From assembly GCA_000091205.1 (NCBI GenBank), contig AP006499.2: a stretch of DNA of 64,000 bases; one strand, 5' to 3'. Of this stretch, positions 1 to 10,231 are shown piece after piece (within the stretch, counting starts at the first letter, position 1; the number at the start of each line of letters is the position of its first letter). The stretch is from Cyanidioschyzon merolae. Its lineage: Eukaryota. The translations under genes and the position numbers were made by a program. The notes beneath the pieces are model-generated. The model was not told the DNA's origin and did not search any database. It worked only from the letters and a program-made list of their open reading frames with translations.

Positions 1-974
1 TCGGGTACAGCGTTGAAAATGGTGCTCGCATACGGCAAAGAGCGGTATCCAGGCCACTGGTCCTCTGTCGGTGTTCCCAGGAGCGAAAAGATCAAGTTTG
101 CTTGACTAACTTCATCTTTGCCTGGGAAGACCGGGCGCCCGGTCAACATTTCCAGAATGAGGCAGCCAGCGGACCAGATATCCACAGCGAAACCGTAGCA
201 GTTTTCCCCGAGCAGCAGTTCCGGTGCTCGATACCACAACGTGACCACCCGGTTGGTGTAGCGACGCCCGGTTTCCCCGAGGAAGCGAGCGAGTCCAAAG
301 TCAGCGATCTTCACTTTGCCGTCGCGACTAATCAGTATGTTGCTTCCCTTGATATCCCGGTGCATAACGCCCCGCGCATGGCAATATGCAAGACCACGGA
401 GGAGTTGCTGCGCATAGCATTTGACCTGTGCTTCCGAGAAGTGAATCTCTGGCGTGTCCATTAAACCCGTGAGGTCGTAGTCCATATATTCAAACACCAT
501 GAAGATATCGCCTTTGCGGTTGGTCTGGGTACCGCCTTGGCCTCTAGATGTTACCATCTCAATTAAGTTCACAATGTTCTCGTGCCGCAGCTCCCGCAGA
601 ACTTTGATCTCCCGGCATGCTGTCAGCGGGAATCCTTCCCGTTCATTGGCCATACGGAGGCGTTTAAGGGCTACCTCTTGTCCTGTCTCTCGGTTCCGGG
701 CGTGGTAGACTTCACCGTAGGTGCCTTCACCAACCTGTTCTAGTTTCTCGTACACCGTATCATCGCGAATCTTCCAGGGTGCTTCTTTTCGTCGTTGAAT
801 ATTCAGCGGCTTCGCGGTAAAAGTCTGTTCGGCATTTCCTAGAGAGCTGAGCGCTGGCGATGTAGATGGAAGCCGGGGTTTCACTGTCCACGGAGCCGAT
901 CCAAGAGACGTCCCTTCGGTCGTCTTGGACTCTGCAGAGGTTTTTTGGGCAGTCCCATTCTCCGGTGCGTGCAT
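1..974 (-). CDS. cyclin-dependent kinase, CDK9/PITALRE-like (3' end cut by window edge)
   Basis: Minus-strand translation from ATG at 974..972 reads MHAPENG...VGEGTYGEVYHARNRETGQEVALKRLRMANEREGFPLTACREIKVLRELRHENIV...YCHARGVMHRDIKGSNILISRDGKVKIADFGLAR...VTLWYRAPELLLG...DIWSAGCLILEM. These are the glycine loop, VALK, PLTACRE (PITALRE-like), HRD, DFG and APE motifs. There is an in-frame stop upstream at ~1046. It is absent from the ORF track because it runs off the window. Confidence 0.85.
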   Translation of the reverse strand, partial: MHAPENGTAQKTSAESKTTEGTSLGSAPWTVKPRLPSTSPALSSLGNAEQTFTAKPLNIQRRKEAPWKIRDDTVYEKLEQVGEGTYGEVYHARNRETGQEVALKRLRMANEREGFPLTACREIKVLRELRHENIVNLIEMVTSRGQGGTQTNRKGDIFMVFEYMDYDLTGLMDTPEIHFSEAQVKCYAQQLLRGLAYCHARGVMHRDIKGSNILISRDGKVKIADFGLARFLGETGRRYTNRVVTLWYRAPELLLGENCYGFAVDIWSAGCLILEMLTGRPVFPGKDEVSQANLIFSLLGTPTEDQWPGYRSLPYASTIFNAVP

Positions 975-1424
975 GGCTGCTATGAAGCCGTCCCCGATAC
1001 GTAGAAAAGAGCTACTCAACGTAACCGCTGTCCTGTCCGTCTTTCAACAACTGTGAAGAGAACCTCGATAGAACGCGCCCCAGCAGCGCGGACGCAACCC
1101 CTTACAGCGCTGTCTGCAGCGTGGAGGTCACCAAACCGTGAAAGCGTCCGTTACAACCTCGTTGGTTGCTATGCTTAAGAAAAACTGGAGCGTCCTTTTT
1201 CTCGAGTCGTTTTGTATCCGGCGCCGTTTCGTTTCGACTCGCTCCAACACGTACACGAAGAATCAGTCGTTGGAGGAAACGTAGCGTTTTTGACCGTTCT
1301 TCGCGATCGATTGGACGCGTCCGCGTATCGCCGAGAAAAGACCAGCAGGCTAGCCGTCAAAAACGTTACCCAAACACAGTACGCTCTTTAAAGCCGGTTA
1401 TCCCAGCGTTCAGCAGGGTCGAGC

Positions 1425-1453
1425 GCTCACTCACTCACTCACTCACTCACTCA
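1425..1453. repeat. (CACT)n microsatellite, ~7 units
   Basis: cactcactcactcactcactcactcac is read directly in the promoter region between the CDK gene and the downstream ORF. Confidence 0.9.
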
Positions 1454-1970
1454 CGCTATCAGGCGCTGCACCGAGACTCGACCAAGCTCGACCGCGTACT
1501 TTCACCAAGGTACTGTCGAAACGTAGCGAGCTTGAGATTTCAACGTGACGGAAACACTTGACTTTGTATGCGTTTGCCAAAGTGTGCGTCCGTGTGCCTG
1601 CTGCGCGGAACCCACACGCTCAAGCTGATTCCCGAACTGCGGAAACGTGTTGAACGCAGTTCAAACCTTCCTTCGTTACCGTTTATACCTCAAGCTCGGT
1701 GACTTTCGTGCAAGTTAATTAGAGAACCCCACCAGAACCTCAGCTTGAAGTACTGAAAGATAACCAATCGAAAAACAACGCCGAAGACCCAGACGTCCTA
1801 TAACAAGTAACCAACGAACCAACAGAATAGTAAGCTCGGTATTTTCGAGGATTCAGAGACCGCCAGTTCCATCGGCGAGCACAGCTTTGTGTCAAAGCTG
1901 CGTTCGGGCGGCGGTGCAAGAAGCTCGGGTCCCGAAGCACTTTGTCCGGCGTTTAGCTCCGACTCTGCGG

Positions 1971-4271
1971 ATGCCGGTGGCGAAAAGGCGACGAGGCGGG
2001 AAAACTGCTGCAGTTGAGCCGGACACTCGCGACACACGCTCGGATGCAGTCGCAGACCGGAAACGCACTGCCGCTGAGGTACCTGCGTCGAAGCTTCCAG
2101 GAAAGATCACGGACTTTGGAAGCGTTCCTCTGTCGAGACCTCTCGCCCCACCACTGCTCTTCGAGCTAGCTGAAGAGCGTGCGGACGATCTTTGCCGACT
2201 TGTGCTGGTCTCCCACGAGGGACGCCCGGTGTCCAGCGTCGACGCCCTATCGGAGTCGGAGTGGCGGGGGTTTGCGACTCAGGCAGTGCTGGCTCGCGAA
2301 GCTTGCTTCGCTGCTATACAGGGCGTACACCAGGGTGAGGCTCGTTCAGAGGACACGATTAAAGGAAACCAACGCGCAGCAGCACGCGATGTCAGTGAAA
2401 CTGCGAGCGACGCTGAGGCGGAACCATCTCCAGAAACTGCTATCCAGACGTCCGTATCTATTGCGGTGAGCGAAATGGATGAAATGATCACTCTATTAGA
2501 TGCTGTAATTGGTGGGTTTCTGCAGACCTGCGCTGCAGAAAGGTCAGGCTCTACTCGAGTCGAAGGCGGGGCCTCTCCGGCAGCACCACCACCTATCCTG
2601 CGCCCGGTTCCTCGAGACCGCTTGACAAGCCTCAAAACGCCGGAGACATTGCATCTGCATTCCAAAGACATGGATACAGAACGAGATACAGCGATAGTAA
2701 GCGTACAACGAGGATCGAGCGATTCCATGGGCTGGGCTCCACTCTGGATGCGTCGTGTTCAAACACTACAGTCGATTGCGGCGTTTTTGCGCCATCAGCA
2801 TGAGGTACTGGTTGGGCAAGGGACCAAGAATCGTCGCTTTCGTGAAGATCTTGCAATGCTCTGTTACGGAGACACGACAAGTTGCTCTGTGAATCGTTTG
2901 CGCCCGGTTCTGCTCGATACCCGTCTCTTGAGCGATACGAGAACAACAACAACAACAGCAGCAGCAGCAATGAGTCCGAAAGCTGGTACGCAGCGAATAC
3001 GGATCGAAGCGCACCTCCATGATGACTGCTGGATACCGCTCTGGCCCTGCGAGCGACACGAGTCTGCACTCCATGGCCATATCTCCGTACACGCATCGGA
3101 TATCGCTTCCCGTCTGGACTGCACCTGCCCGGTGCTGTTGCAGTGTTTCCGTGGACCAGAATCCTCGACCTGGTATCCAGATCAAGAGCCATTACTGCCC
3201 TTACAAAACCCAGATCCGATGTCGTTCCGTTCCGTGCCTTCTGCGATGAATGCAAACTCGGAATTCGTCGGTGTGGCTGCAGTTCGCCGTCTTCTGTTCA
3301 GGGTACGCTATCAGCAGACAATGCGACGACTGTATGAGCGACTCATCCACCAGGCGCATGACTGGCTTCGGATGTCCTTGCAGAGGCGATACCCTGGATC
3401 GCCGTTCGCCCGATACGATGGCGTCTGCGATCTTCGCGACGTTGACGAACGAGGCTTCACTTTCTACGATGCGCTCTCAGAGCAGGCGCTGCTGCGCGTT
3501 GCACTTGAACAGAAAACTCCTGGGGTGCTCAGAAGCGAAACGCATAGCGCTTCGGTGCCGCCGCTCCTGCAAGTTGTTGATGATATCGTCGGGCAACACG
3601 GTGCTGATTTTCCTGTGTTATGGCAACTCCTGGGCAATGCGTTGCGCATCTGTCATGGAACACTAGCTGTGTACACCGCAAGTCAGACATTGGGGCTGCT
3701 CGTTGCGAGCCGTCGCGACGGGTCACTGCATCCTCACGATGCAGCTGCTTCACGTGCCGACGTTGCGCACTTTACATTGGAGGTACGCTGGCCACAAACC
3801 GCTGGTGATGCAGCCAGTGTATGTCGGCTTCACTTCGGGAGCGATGCAGTTTCTGGGTGGGCATCAACGGATGCCGCCTCCCATCCAGAAAAGCTCTCGG
3901 ATCCTTCCCAGTTCATTGCGTTCTTGATTCGCAGTGTAGAATCGACACTGCTACGTCGAGCGATCGATGCATGGCATCGCGCGCTGCGTACACAGGCCCT
4001 GGAGTACGAGGTAGCGCTCCTTGCGAGCGGCGTCGCTCGAGTGAAGGTATGGCCTTCGGGTGCTGCGGCCTCAAGCGATGTCGTGGAACCACAGCGGATC
4101 ACGATGCATGTGGAGGCGCTGCAGAGCCCGTCAGCCTTGCCCAAATGGACGGGGCATGTTCAATTCAGACTTTGTTTGAACAGTGAGGAATGCTTTGTCG
4201 GCGATGCTGGTGCGCTCTGGACCTATTTGGACGAGTCGCTCAATATCCAGCGCCTGTTGCCGAACCTGTGA
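1971..4271 (+). CDS. hypothetical protein, low-complexity/disordered, ~766 aa from first ATG
   Basis: The 2.4-kb uninterrupted ORF (track 1887..4271) is too long for chance even at this GC. The track start is TTG; the first ATG at 1971 gives MPVAKRRRGGK (basic N-terminus). It contains a (CAA/CAG)n run coding T/A at ~2940-2975. No recognisable domain. Confidence 0.45.
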   Translation: MPVAKRRRGGKTAAVEPDTRDTRSDAVADRKRTAAEVPASKLPGKITDFGSVPLSRPLAPPLLFELAEERADDLCRLVLVSHEGRPVSSVDALSESEWRGFATQAVLAREACFAAIQGVHQGEARSEDTIKGNQRAAARDVSETASDAEAEPSPETAIQTSVSIAVSEMDEMITLLDAVIGGFLQTCAAERSGSTRVEGGASPAAPPPILRPVPRDRLTSLKTPETLHLHSKDMDTERDTAIVSVQRGSSDSMGWAPLWMRRVQTLQSIAAFLRHQHEVLVGQGTKNRRFREDLAMLCYGDTTSCSVNRLRPVLLDTRLLSDTRTTTTTAAAAMSPKAGTQRIRIEAHLHDDCWIPLWPCERHESALHGHISVHASDIASRLDCTCPVLLQCFRGPESSTWYPDQEPLLPLQNPDPMSFRSVPSAMNANSEFVGVAAVRRLLFRVRYQQTMRRLYERLIHQAHDWLRMSLQRRYPGSPFARYDGVCDLRDVDERGFTFYDALSEQALLRVALEQKTPGVLRSETHSASVPPLLQVVDDIVGQHGADFPVLWQLLGNALRICHGTLAVYTASQTLGLLVASRRDGSLHPHDAAASRADVAHFTLEVRWPQTAGDAASVCRLHFGSDAVSGWASTDAASHPEKLSDPSQFIAFLIRSVESTLLRRAIDAWHRALRTQALEYEVALLASGVARVKVWPSGAAASSDVVEPQRITMHVEALQSPSALPKWTGHVQFRLCLNSEECFVGDAGALWTYLDESLNIQRLLPNL

Positions 4272-5434
4272 ATGCTCGTGCGATCGTCTCCGCGGTGGTT
4301 CGGCAGATCGTGCAGGACACTTCGCCATTGGACACTGGGCGGAGAGCGTTTACGATCGGCAGCAGAGCTTCTTCGAAAAGCGCAAAGCAACTGAAGTTTT
4401 TTTTCATCGAGCACTGGACATGTCCAGGAGCTTGATTCGCAAACGCGGACCTTCTCGGGATGCAGTACCGACACACAGGGACTGCCACCAGTCCCGAGTA
4501 CGAATTGCACAGGCGTCACAGGCTACAGCTTGTCGAGACGCGTCTGGCGGACGCATGTCTCATCTGTTGGTGCTTCATAGGCATCTTCCTAGGCAATGGT
4601 GCTGTTGTCTCGCAACATTGTTCGTCCCGAGCGAATGACGTGCTCGGTTTCCGCATGGATGCAGTGTCGCTTTTCTCAATTCGGAGTATCGGTATACAGC
4701 GTACAACGCATCTTTCGTGCAGTCAAGAGTGACTTGCGAATCTAGAGCGTCGCTTAAGCTAGAAAAACACCAACTGCCGATGCAATACGCTTTTCTATAT
4801 GTATGCGACCTAGGTCTCATCGATGAATAGAATGAGTATGTCGATCATTTTCTCGATAGCGCACAGCACCAATTTTGGTATGAAACATTCAGACTGTCAC
4901 GCACTTCCAAGTCATCAGGGGATATGTTCTACCCGCTTCCTCATACGCACACACACACACACATACGGCAGGTGCCGCACAGGTCTACACGCTCAAACCT
5001 GTGTGCTTCTGCCCTTCAAGCCAAAGCCTCAGAAAGCACCGCGGTCCCGGAAAAGCACCCCGGACGAAACGTTAGAGATAATAAAGTGAGGATAAAATTA
5101 TAGAAAGCAATACAGCAAGGTTTCTTCCATAAGACAGGAATCGCTGCCCCAACCAAACGCTCCGCAACGCACCAACACGCCTCAGTATCAAGCCGATAAC
5201 AGCAGTTCTCGCGTGAGCGCTTTTCCGTGCCGCTGGTACCGAGATAGCGTGCAGGCGCTGCGAGACGTATCCCCGACCACGCAGACGATTCCGGTATCTG
5301 GTGCCGTTGACCCCAAAACACCCCAAAGGACTGATTTCGACTTGATTGTTGCCACAGTTGAATCATTGAATACGTTTCATTTTGCAAGCGCTGTTTCCTA
5401 GACGCTTCGTTTGGCAAGTAACGTAGGCCTCGTT

Positions 5435-6214
5435 ATGGCAATGGGTACCACGGCGTCGACTCCAGCAACACTGGAAACTGACAAGAAACAGCTCTTGGAA
5501 AGGTTTGCTGAAGAGGAAGCAGCTTTCTCTGAAATACGCTTAGCGCAGCAAACTCTTGAACGCTGTCAGCTTCTGCTAGAGCAAGCAAAAGCGTTCTACG
5601 AGCGGGCGCTCAAGAGTACACAGCGCGATGCCCAGTCGGACACCGCTTTGGCCTCGACGTTCGACTCGGGCACTGTGGAAGTGCAGCCGCACAGTTTGCT
5701 TATTCGGGCACGCTTGCAACTATACAGATCTCAATTTAACTACGGCTGGGCACTTGTACAACAGCCGCAACCGACTGGACGAGAGCTGGTGCGAGAAGGC
5801 ATCCAACTGTTGCAGCGTCTCGCCAGTGAACTGGAGCGGGATGAGCACGCGAACGACGAGAATCTCGCCTCTGAATGCTATTACTTCGCTGCTTACGGCC
5901 TGTATCGCCTCGGTGAATGGTCCGAGGCTCGCAATATGCTGCGAATACTGGTGAGTCGGCGCGACGGCTCGAGTCAGCAGCGTCGTCAAGCGAGTGCTTT
6001 CCTGGCCATTGTCGATGATCGTATTCGGCGTGATGGATGGATTGGACTCGGCGTTGCCACAGCGCTATTCGGTGTCGCCGGTGCGGCTGTTGTCGGGGGC
6101 ATCCTCGCAATGCAGAAATTAGGCAACCGAGACGCGTCTGCGACGGATGCTACAAAGGCGCGACGAGGCTCTGCGGTCGCGTCCCGTCGCGAAGCTTCGC
6201 AAGGTCCGTCGTGA
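5435..6214 (+). CDS. FIS1: mitochondrial fission 1 protein (Fis1), TPR-like, tail-anchored
   Basis: SQFNYGWALVQ and ECYYFAAYGLYRLGEWSEARNMLRILV match the Fis1 TPR helices. The C-terminal TM segment is WIGLGVATALFGVAGAAVVGGILA followed by a basic tail. The track start (5411) is TTG; the first ATG is 5435. Confidence 0.75.
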   Translation: MAMGTTASTPATLETDKKQLLERFAEEEAAFSEIRLAQQTLERCQLLLEQAKAFYERALKSTQRDAQSDTALASTFDSGTVEVQPHSLLIRARLQLYRSQFNYGWALVQQPQPTGRELVREGIQLLQRLASELERDEHANDENLASECYYFAAYGLYRLGEWSEARNMLRILVSRRDGSSQQRRQASAFLAIVDDRIRRDGWIGLGVATALFGVAGAAVVGGILAMQKLGNRDASATDATKARRGSAVASRREASQGPS

Positions 6215-9053
6215 AGCGGCTACGACGAAGCACAAGTTTTCTAGTTTTCGGAAGTAAGCACGTGGATATGGCGCTCCGAGTCTCTGGTGGTGATGTTCGT
6301 TTCAAACGAAAAATGCGGATGAAGATGGATGAAAAAGTGCATGCGCATGCACCGGTCTCTCGGTCGAGAGATCCGGCACCTGCCGCAGCTGCTCTGCCGG
6401 AGAAGCGCACGGCAGTGGTGGTGCTGGCGTCTCTGAAGCGAAACCAAATCAGCAGACGTGAACGGTATGTTGGGCATTGCGTGTCCTACCCAAAGCATGT
6501 GCAACACGTTGCTTGCAACGGAGACGCTACTGGGCCAGTTTTCTTACAGAAACGCTTCGCCGTCGAGCAATGGCCAGCGAATGTAACATTTTCCCTGAAT
6601 CGTTGCGGTTCGTTGAAAATTGCTTGGAAAATCGGTGATGACGGCTGCGGTGCACACGGAACTCCACACAGAAGCACCTGTTCATGTCGTGCCCCTTGGG
6701 GGATATAGCGTGCTCTGGGTCGGCTGAAGACCGGATTTCTACGGCCTGGTTGCTTCTCATCGGGGCTTTCGTCGGCGCACAAGGAACACAGTGGACGAGA
6801 CTTTTGGTACCAGCGTCGTTCACTTCGCTGAACCCTCGGGTCTCGATGCCCTCGCGCAGCGGCGGTACTGATTGACGACATCCATGAGACTGCAGCACGG
6901 ACACGAGGGTGCAATGTATCTCATATGAATACTCATCGGAACCGGTCTTGCATACCAATCTGATACTCATTTCAGAGTAAAAAATGAAATGGACACACTC
7001 ACATAAGTAGAGCGAACACGCTAAATTTTGGGCCTGTTACCACTTTCTGGAACACCAGTTTTGCGGGCTTTCTCTGTGACTGCTTCGTTTTTCGTCGCCC
7101 CAGTCTGAGGCGTTAAATATGCCAGTCTCTAGTGTTGCTCTAGCTTCGATACAAGCAGTCGAAAGATATTGATGACGGCATTCTAGTCCCGATTTGGCAG
7201 TTTCCGGCAGATGTCGAGGCATTTCATGCACAGGTGGAAATAGCGATCTACGCTCCGCTGGCTGTTGTCATCTCCCCAGCATGCAGCTTCAATGCGTCCT
7301 TGGAAGCGTCGACGCTAGGATGTGGTCAGGCATACCCACATGTCCATCGAACCTTCTCGTTTTCCGAGGTTCGGCCCTGTGGCTCGTGAAGGTCCATGTC
7401 ATCGCTCGGCGCTTGCCCTTGGCGGGTACGCAGAGCTCCCCTCGATGCAGTGCTTTGTTTCCGCGTTCCATGCCGTTCCCTGCGACCGTGGACTTTTGGA
7501 AGATCCCCCTGGCGAGTGCTCTGTTCGGCACATGCGGAAGCGCACGCTGTTGCATTCTACAGCGTTTCTTTTTTAAAGCGATTTTGTCGAAGATGAATCT
7601 AGTAGCGGGAGGAAGATCCTGGCCGGATTCGCAGTCGAGAAATCTCGATCTACCTACGTACCTGTCGTGCGAAGCGGTGACACACGCTTCACTGGGAGCG
7701 ATCGCCACGATAACTGAATTCCGAGGCCAACCTCCTTTTTCCATGCAAACAGAAGAGACGGGCGCCCCTTCGGACATATCTTGTGTGGACTACCATGTTA
7801 CTACCGTCGAATACCATGTCGTCGATGGCGAAAAACAGAGAATGTTTTTCTGCTGAACGGGATCGATTTTCTGACGGTGCGAATTTCAATGTGCTTTGGA
7901 TATGAGTTGGTCAACAGGTCCTCAATGGGCGAGGTCGAGCTCTGGACTTCGTCAATCCTGCAGTCCGAACGGATGTACCCAAGAAATCGGGTTGGAGCAA
8001 CATGATCGAAGACTTGAAGAATACGTGATTCTAGCATGCTAGGCGCAGGACAGAAACAAGAGCGGAGGCCTGTACGTGTGCACTGGATATTGGTGTTGGT
8101 GAATTTACGAATCCTTCTTCGAGAGCGTCTAAAATCATCTTGATTCCCGACACAACACGAATTCCACCTGCGATACATCGAATGATCCGCTCTTGAAAAA
8201 CGAGCTAGAATCCGAAACCTACACGTGAATCCGCACGCCGTTATTGCTGCACTTTTAATGTCGAGGCTGTACATCTAAAAGAATGTCCTGAAAGATCTCC
8301 AGGCGGGGACAGATCGCGTCGTTCAGACTTCGATTTGAATCTGACACGAGCGCACATTTGCTAGATATTGGTGTCAGAGATGGATCGTGGATATGTTTCA
8401 GGGCTCTGGGAGATTTTAACCCCAATGTACTCGATGAAAGGCTCTATTCTTTCTTTCAGGCCATGTACAGATGGTGTCTGGAATTCGGCATCGCAGCGAT
8501 TCGAAGTTCCGGTTCACGATAGGGCACGCTCAACAACTAGCGTCCGACGTTGCTAAGGTGAAGACGCCAAAATTACCATGCAAACTTCATGTCGGTGATG
8601 CGCGGAATTCGGGAGCGTTCGCCACGTTGGTTTATTTTGAGCGCAAAACAAAACTTGTGGCAAACACTATACATCTGTGCGTTGAGCCTGTCGACGGCGC
8701 TCTGTTCCGGGAGTCGGGCGTAATGTCAGCACTGGGCTGCAGTGCATCCGGATCCCTTGGTGAACAAAAAGGCATTGTCGGCGAATAGAGGTGAGAGGTG
8801 AAAATTGGCTGGTTCATGTCTTGCGCTTTGAAAATCAGGGCCCGATTCAAGTTCTCTACCACACACGTTCGATGTACATGCTTGCATCCTGATCACAATC
8901 AAATGACCTCTTAATCTATATCCAGTGGAAATTCACGTCTGCATCACAGCGAAAACCCCCCGAGTTTCCGCAGCGTCGCCCCTGCATTCGCCAAATAATA
9001 TTTTCAACGTCCAGTTCGCCAGGAGCGTTCCTCCTCTAACACGCGTGAGATAC

Positions 9054-9638
9054 TTAAGCCCCAGGGATACCGCTTTCAAAGTCCGCTTCTCCAGGAGGTT
9101 TCCGGATTGCAGCGTGGGCTATCGCGATCGTTGCGACAACGAACAAGAGCGTACTGAACGTCGCACCCGCGCCTGTTAACCACAGAATAACCAAAGAGAA
9201 GACCAAAACAACGACACTTTTCCCGCGACTATCTAAAACCACGCGGTCGCCGAGTGCTGTGATCGGTTCGGGGTTCAGCGCAAACAGGTACGTGTAGAGA
9301 GCGAAAATGGCCAGCGCACCCAGAATGCTCAGCGGTGACACGAGCACCATAAGCACAACAAGCACAGCGAAGATCGTGGCATAGTTGTACGCGTAATATG
9401 CAAGGTTCTGCGACACTCGTTCACGAAGCTCACTCAGCTCGGGCTTATTCATAGCGGCTGTGTTAAAGAACTCATTCCAGGGTCGAGAACGCGTCCACAG
9501 GTCGCCGATGCGCGCTCGAAAGTCCTCGCCTGTCGGTAAGCGCCGCAGAAGACTCCCGAGGACGCCCGGCGCCTCCATAACTGCCGTCGAAGACACCGAA
9601 CTTGCGGCACCTCCATTCGGACTCACTTGTATCGCCAT
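9054..9638 (-). CDS. PRA1 (prenylated Rab acceptor / Yip3) family protein
   Basis: RPWNEFFNTAAMNKPELSELRERVSQNLAYYAYNYATIFA is followed by two hydrophobic hairpins typical of the PRA1 domain. The track start at 9698 is GTG; the first ATG (MAIQV) is at 9638. Confidence 0.7.
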   Translation of the reverse strand: MAIQVSPNGGAASSVSSTAVMEAPGVLGSLLRRLPTGEDFRARIGDLWTRSRPWNEFFNTAAMNKPELSELRERVSQNLAYYAYNYATIFAVLVVLMVLVSPLSILGALAIFALYTYLFALNPEPITALGDRVVLDSRGKSVVVLVFSLVILWLTGAGATFSTLLFVVATIAIAHAAIRKPPGEADFESGIPGA

Positions 9639-9858
9639 GGAAAACGTAGCGAAAGGAGAACACAACTGAAGTCTGAATGGCAACGAAGTGGTAGACACGC
9701 AGGTGCCTCGCGTAACGAGTGCTGTCCAGGGGTTGCGTTGGCGCCGGTGTGCTCATGTCCATGAAGCGATTTGCTGGACGGTGTGCATGATTGTACTGTT
9801 ATGTACTGTAATACAAAGTTTGTACGGAATGCCGGCTTTACGCGCACTGGGGCTGCCT

Positions 9859-10112
9859 CGCGTGCCCTGATCGTGGCCCTTGGCATGCAGAAACTGTACA
9901 GAAACGGATTTTGCTGCCCAGACATGTCGCGTGCCCTGATCGTGGCCCTTGGCATGCAGAAACTGTACAGAAATTCCTTTTCCTGCCCAGACATGTCGCG
10001 TGCCCTGATCGTGGCCCTTGGCATGCAGAAACTGTACAGAAACGGATTTTCCTGCTCAGACATGTCGCATGCCCTCATCGTGGCCCTTGGCATGCAGAAA
10101 CTGTACAGAAAT
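9859..10112. repeat. 69-bp tandem minisatellite, ~3.7 units
   Basis: Unit cgcgtgccctgatcgtggcccttggcatgcagaaactgtacagaaacggattttgctgcccagacatgt starts at 9859, 9928, 9997 and 10066. It reads as RALIVALGMQKLYRNxFxCPDMS x4 in the ORF track, and sits in the divergent intergenic region between PRA1 (-) and the MBOAT gene (+). Confidence 0.9.
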
Positions 10113-10231
10113 GCCTTTGCCTACCCTAGCAAGAAGGCGTGCTGCATGTGCTGCAGGCCGACCGTTTTGCGCAGCCGATCGCAGGCTGCCGGCAGCGAAG
10201 CGCCACGCACCAGTATACACGCTGTACCGGG

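Noticed and set aside
102-464. Plus-strand ORF (120 aa) overlapping the CDK-like gene, and many similar 60-200-aa ORFs antisense to or overlapping real genes throughout the window (e.g. 2279-2728, 20475-21014, 28050-29367).
   Set aside because: High GC produces long stop-free antisense frames. These have no recognisable motifs, often begin at TTG, GTG or CTG (the ORF track translates alternative starts as M), and lie opposite strongly supported genes.
5435-6214. Possibility that the Fis1 ORF is over-extended at the C-terminus (a 40-aa basic tail after the TM anchor is unusually long for a tail-anchored protein).
   Set aside because: Cannot be resolved from sequence alone. The ORF is continuous to the stop at 6214, so it is reported as is.
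6037-6708. 223-aa plus ORF rich in Cys/Arg (CHSAIRCRRCGCCRGH) downstream of Fis1, which could be mistaken for a zinc-finger protein.
   Set aside because: It overlaps the Fis1 3' end in another frame, the composition is GC-driven (CGN codons), and there is no ordered Cys/His spacing.
9859-10112. Possible CRISPR array (regular ~69-bp periodicity).
   Set aside because: The units are whole 69-bp near-identical repeats without unique spacers, and the context is eukaryotic. It is a minisatellite, not repeat-spacer architecture.
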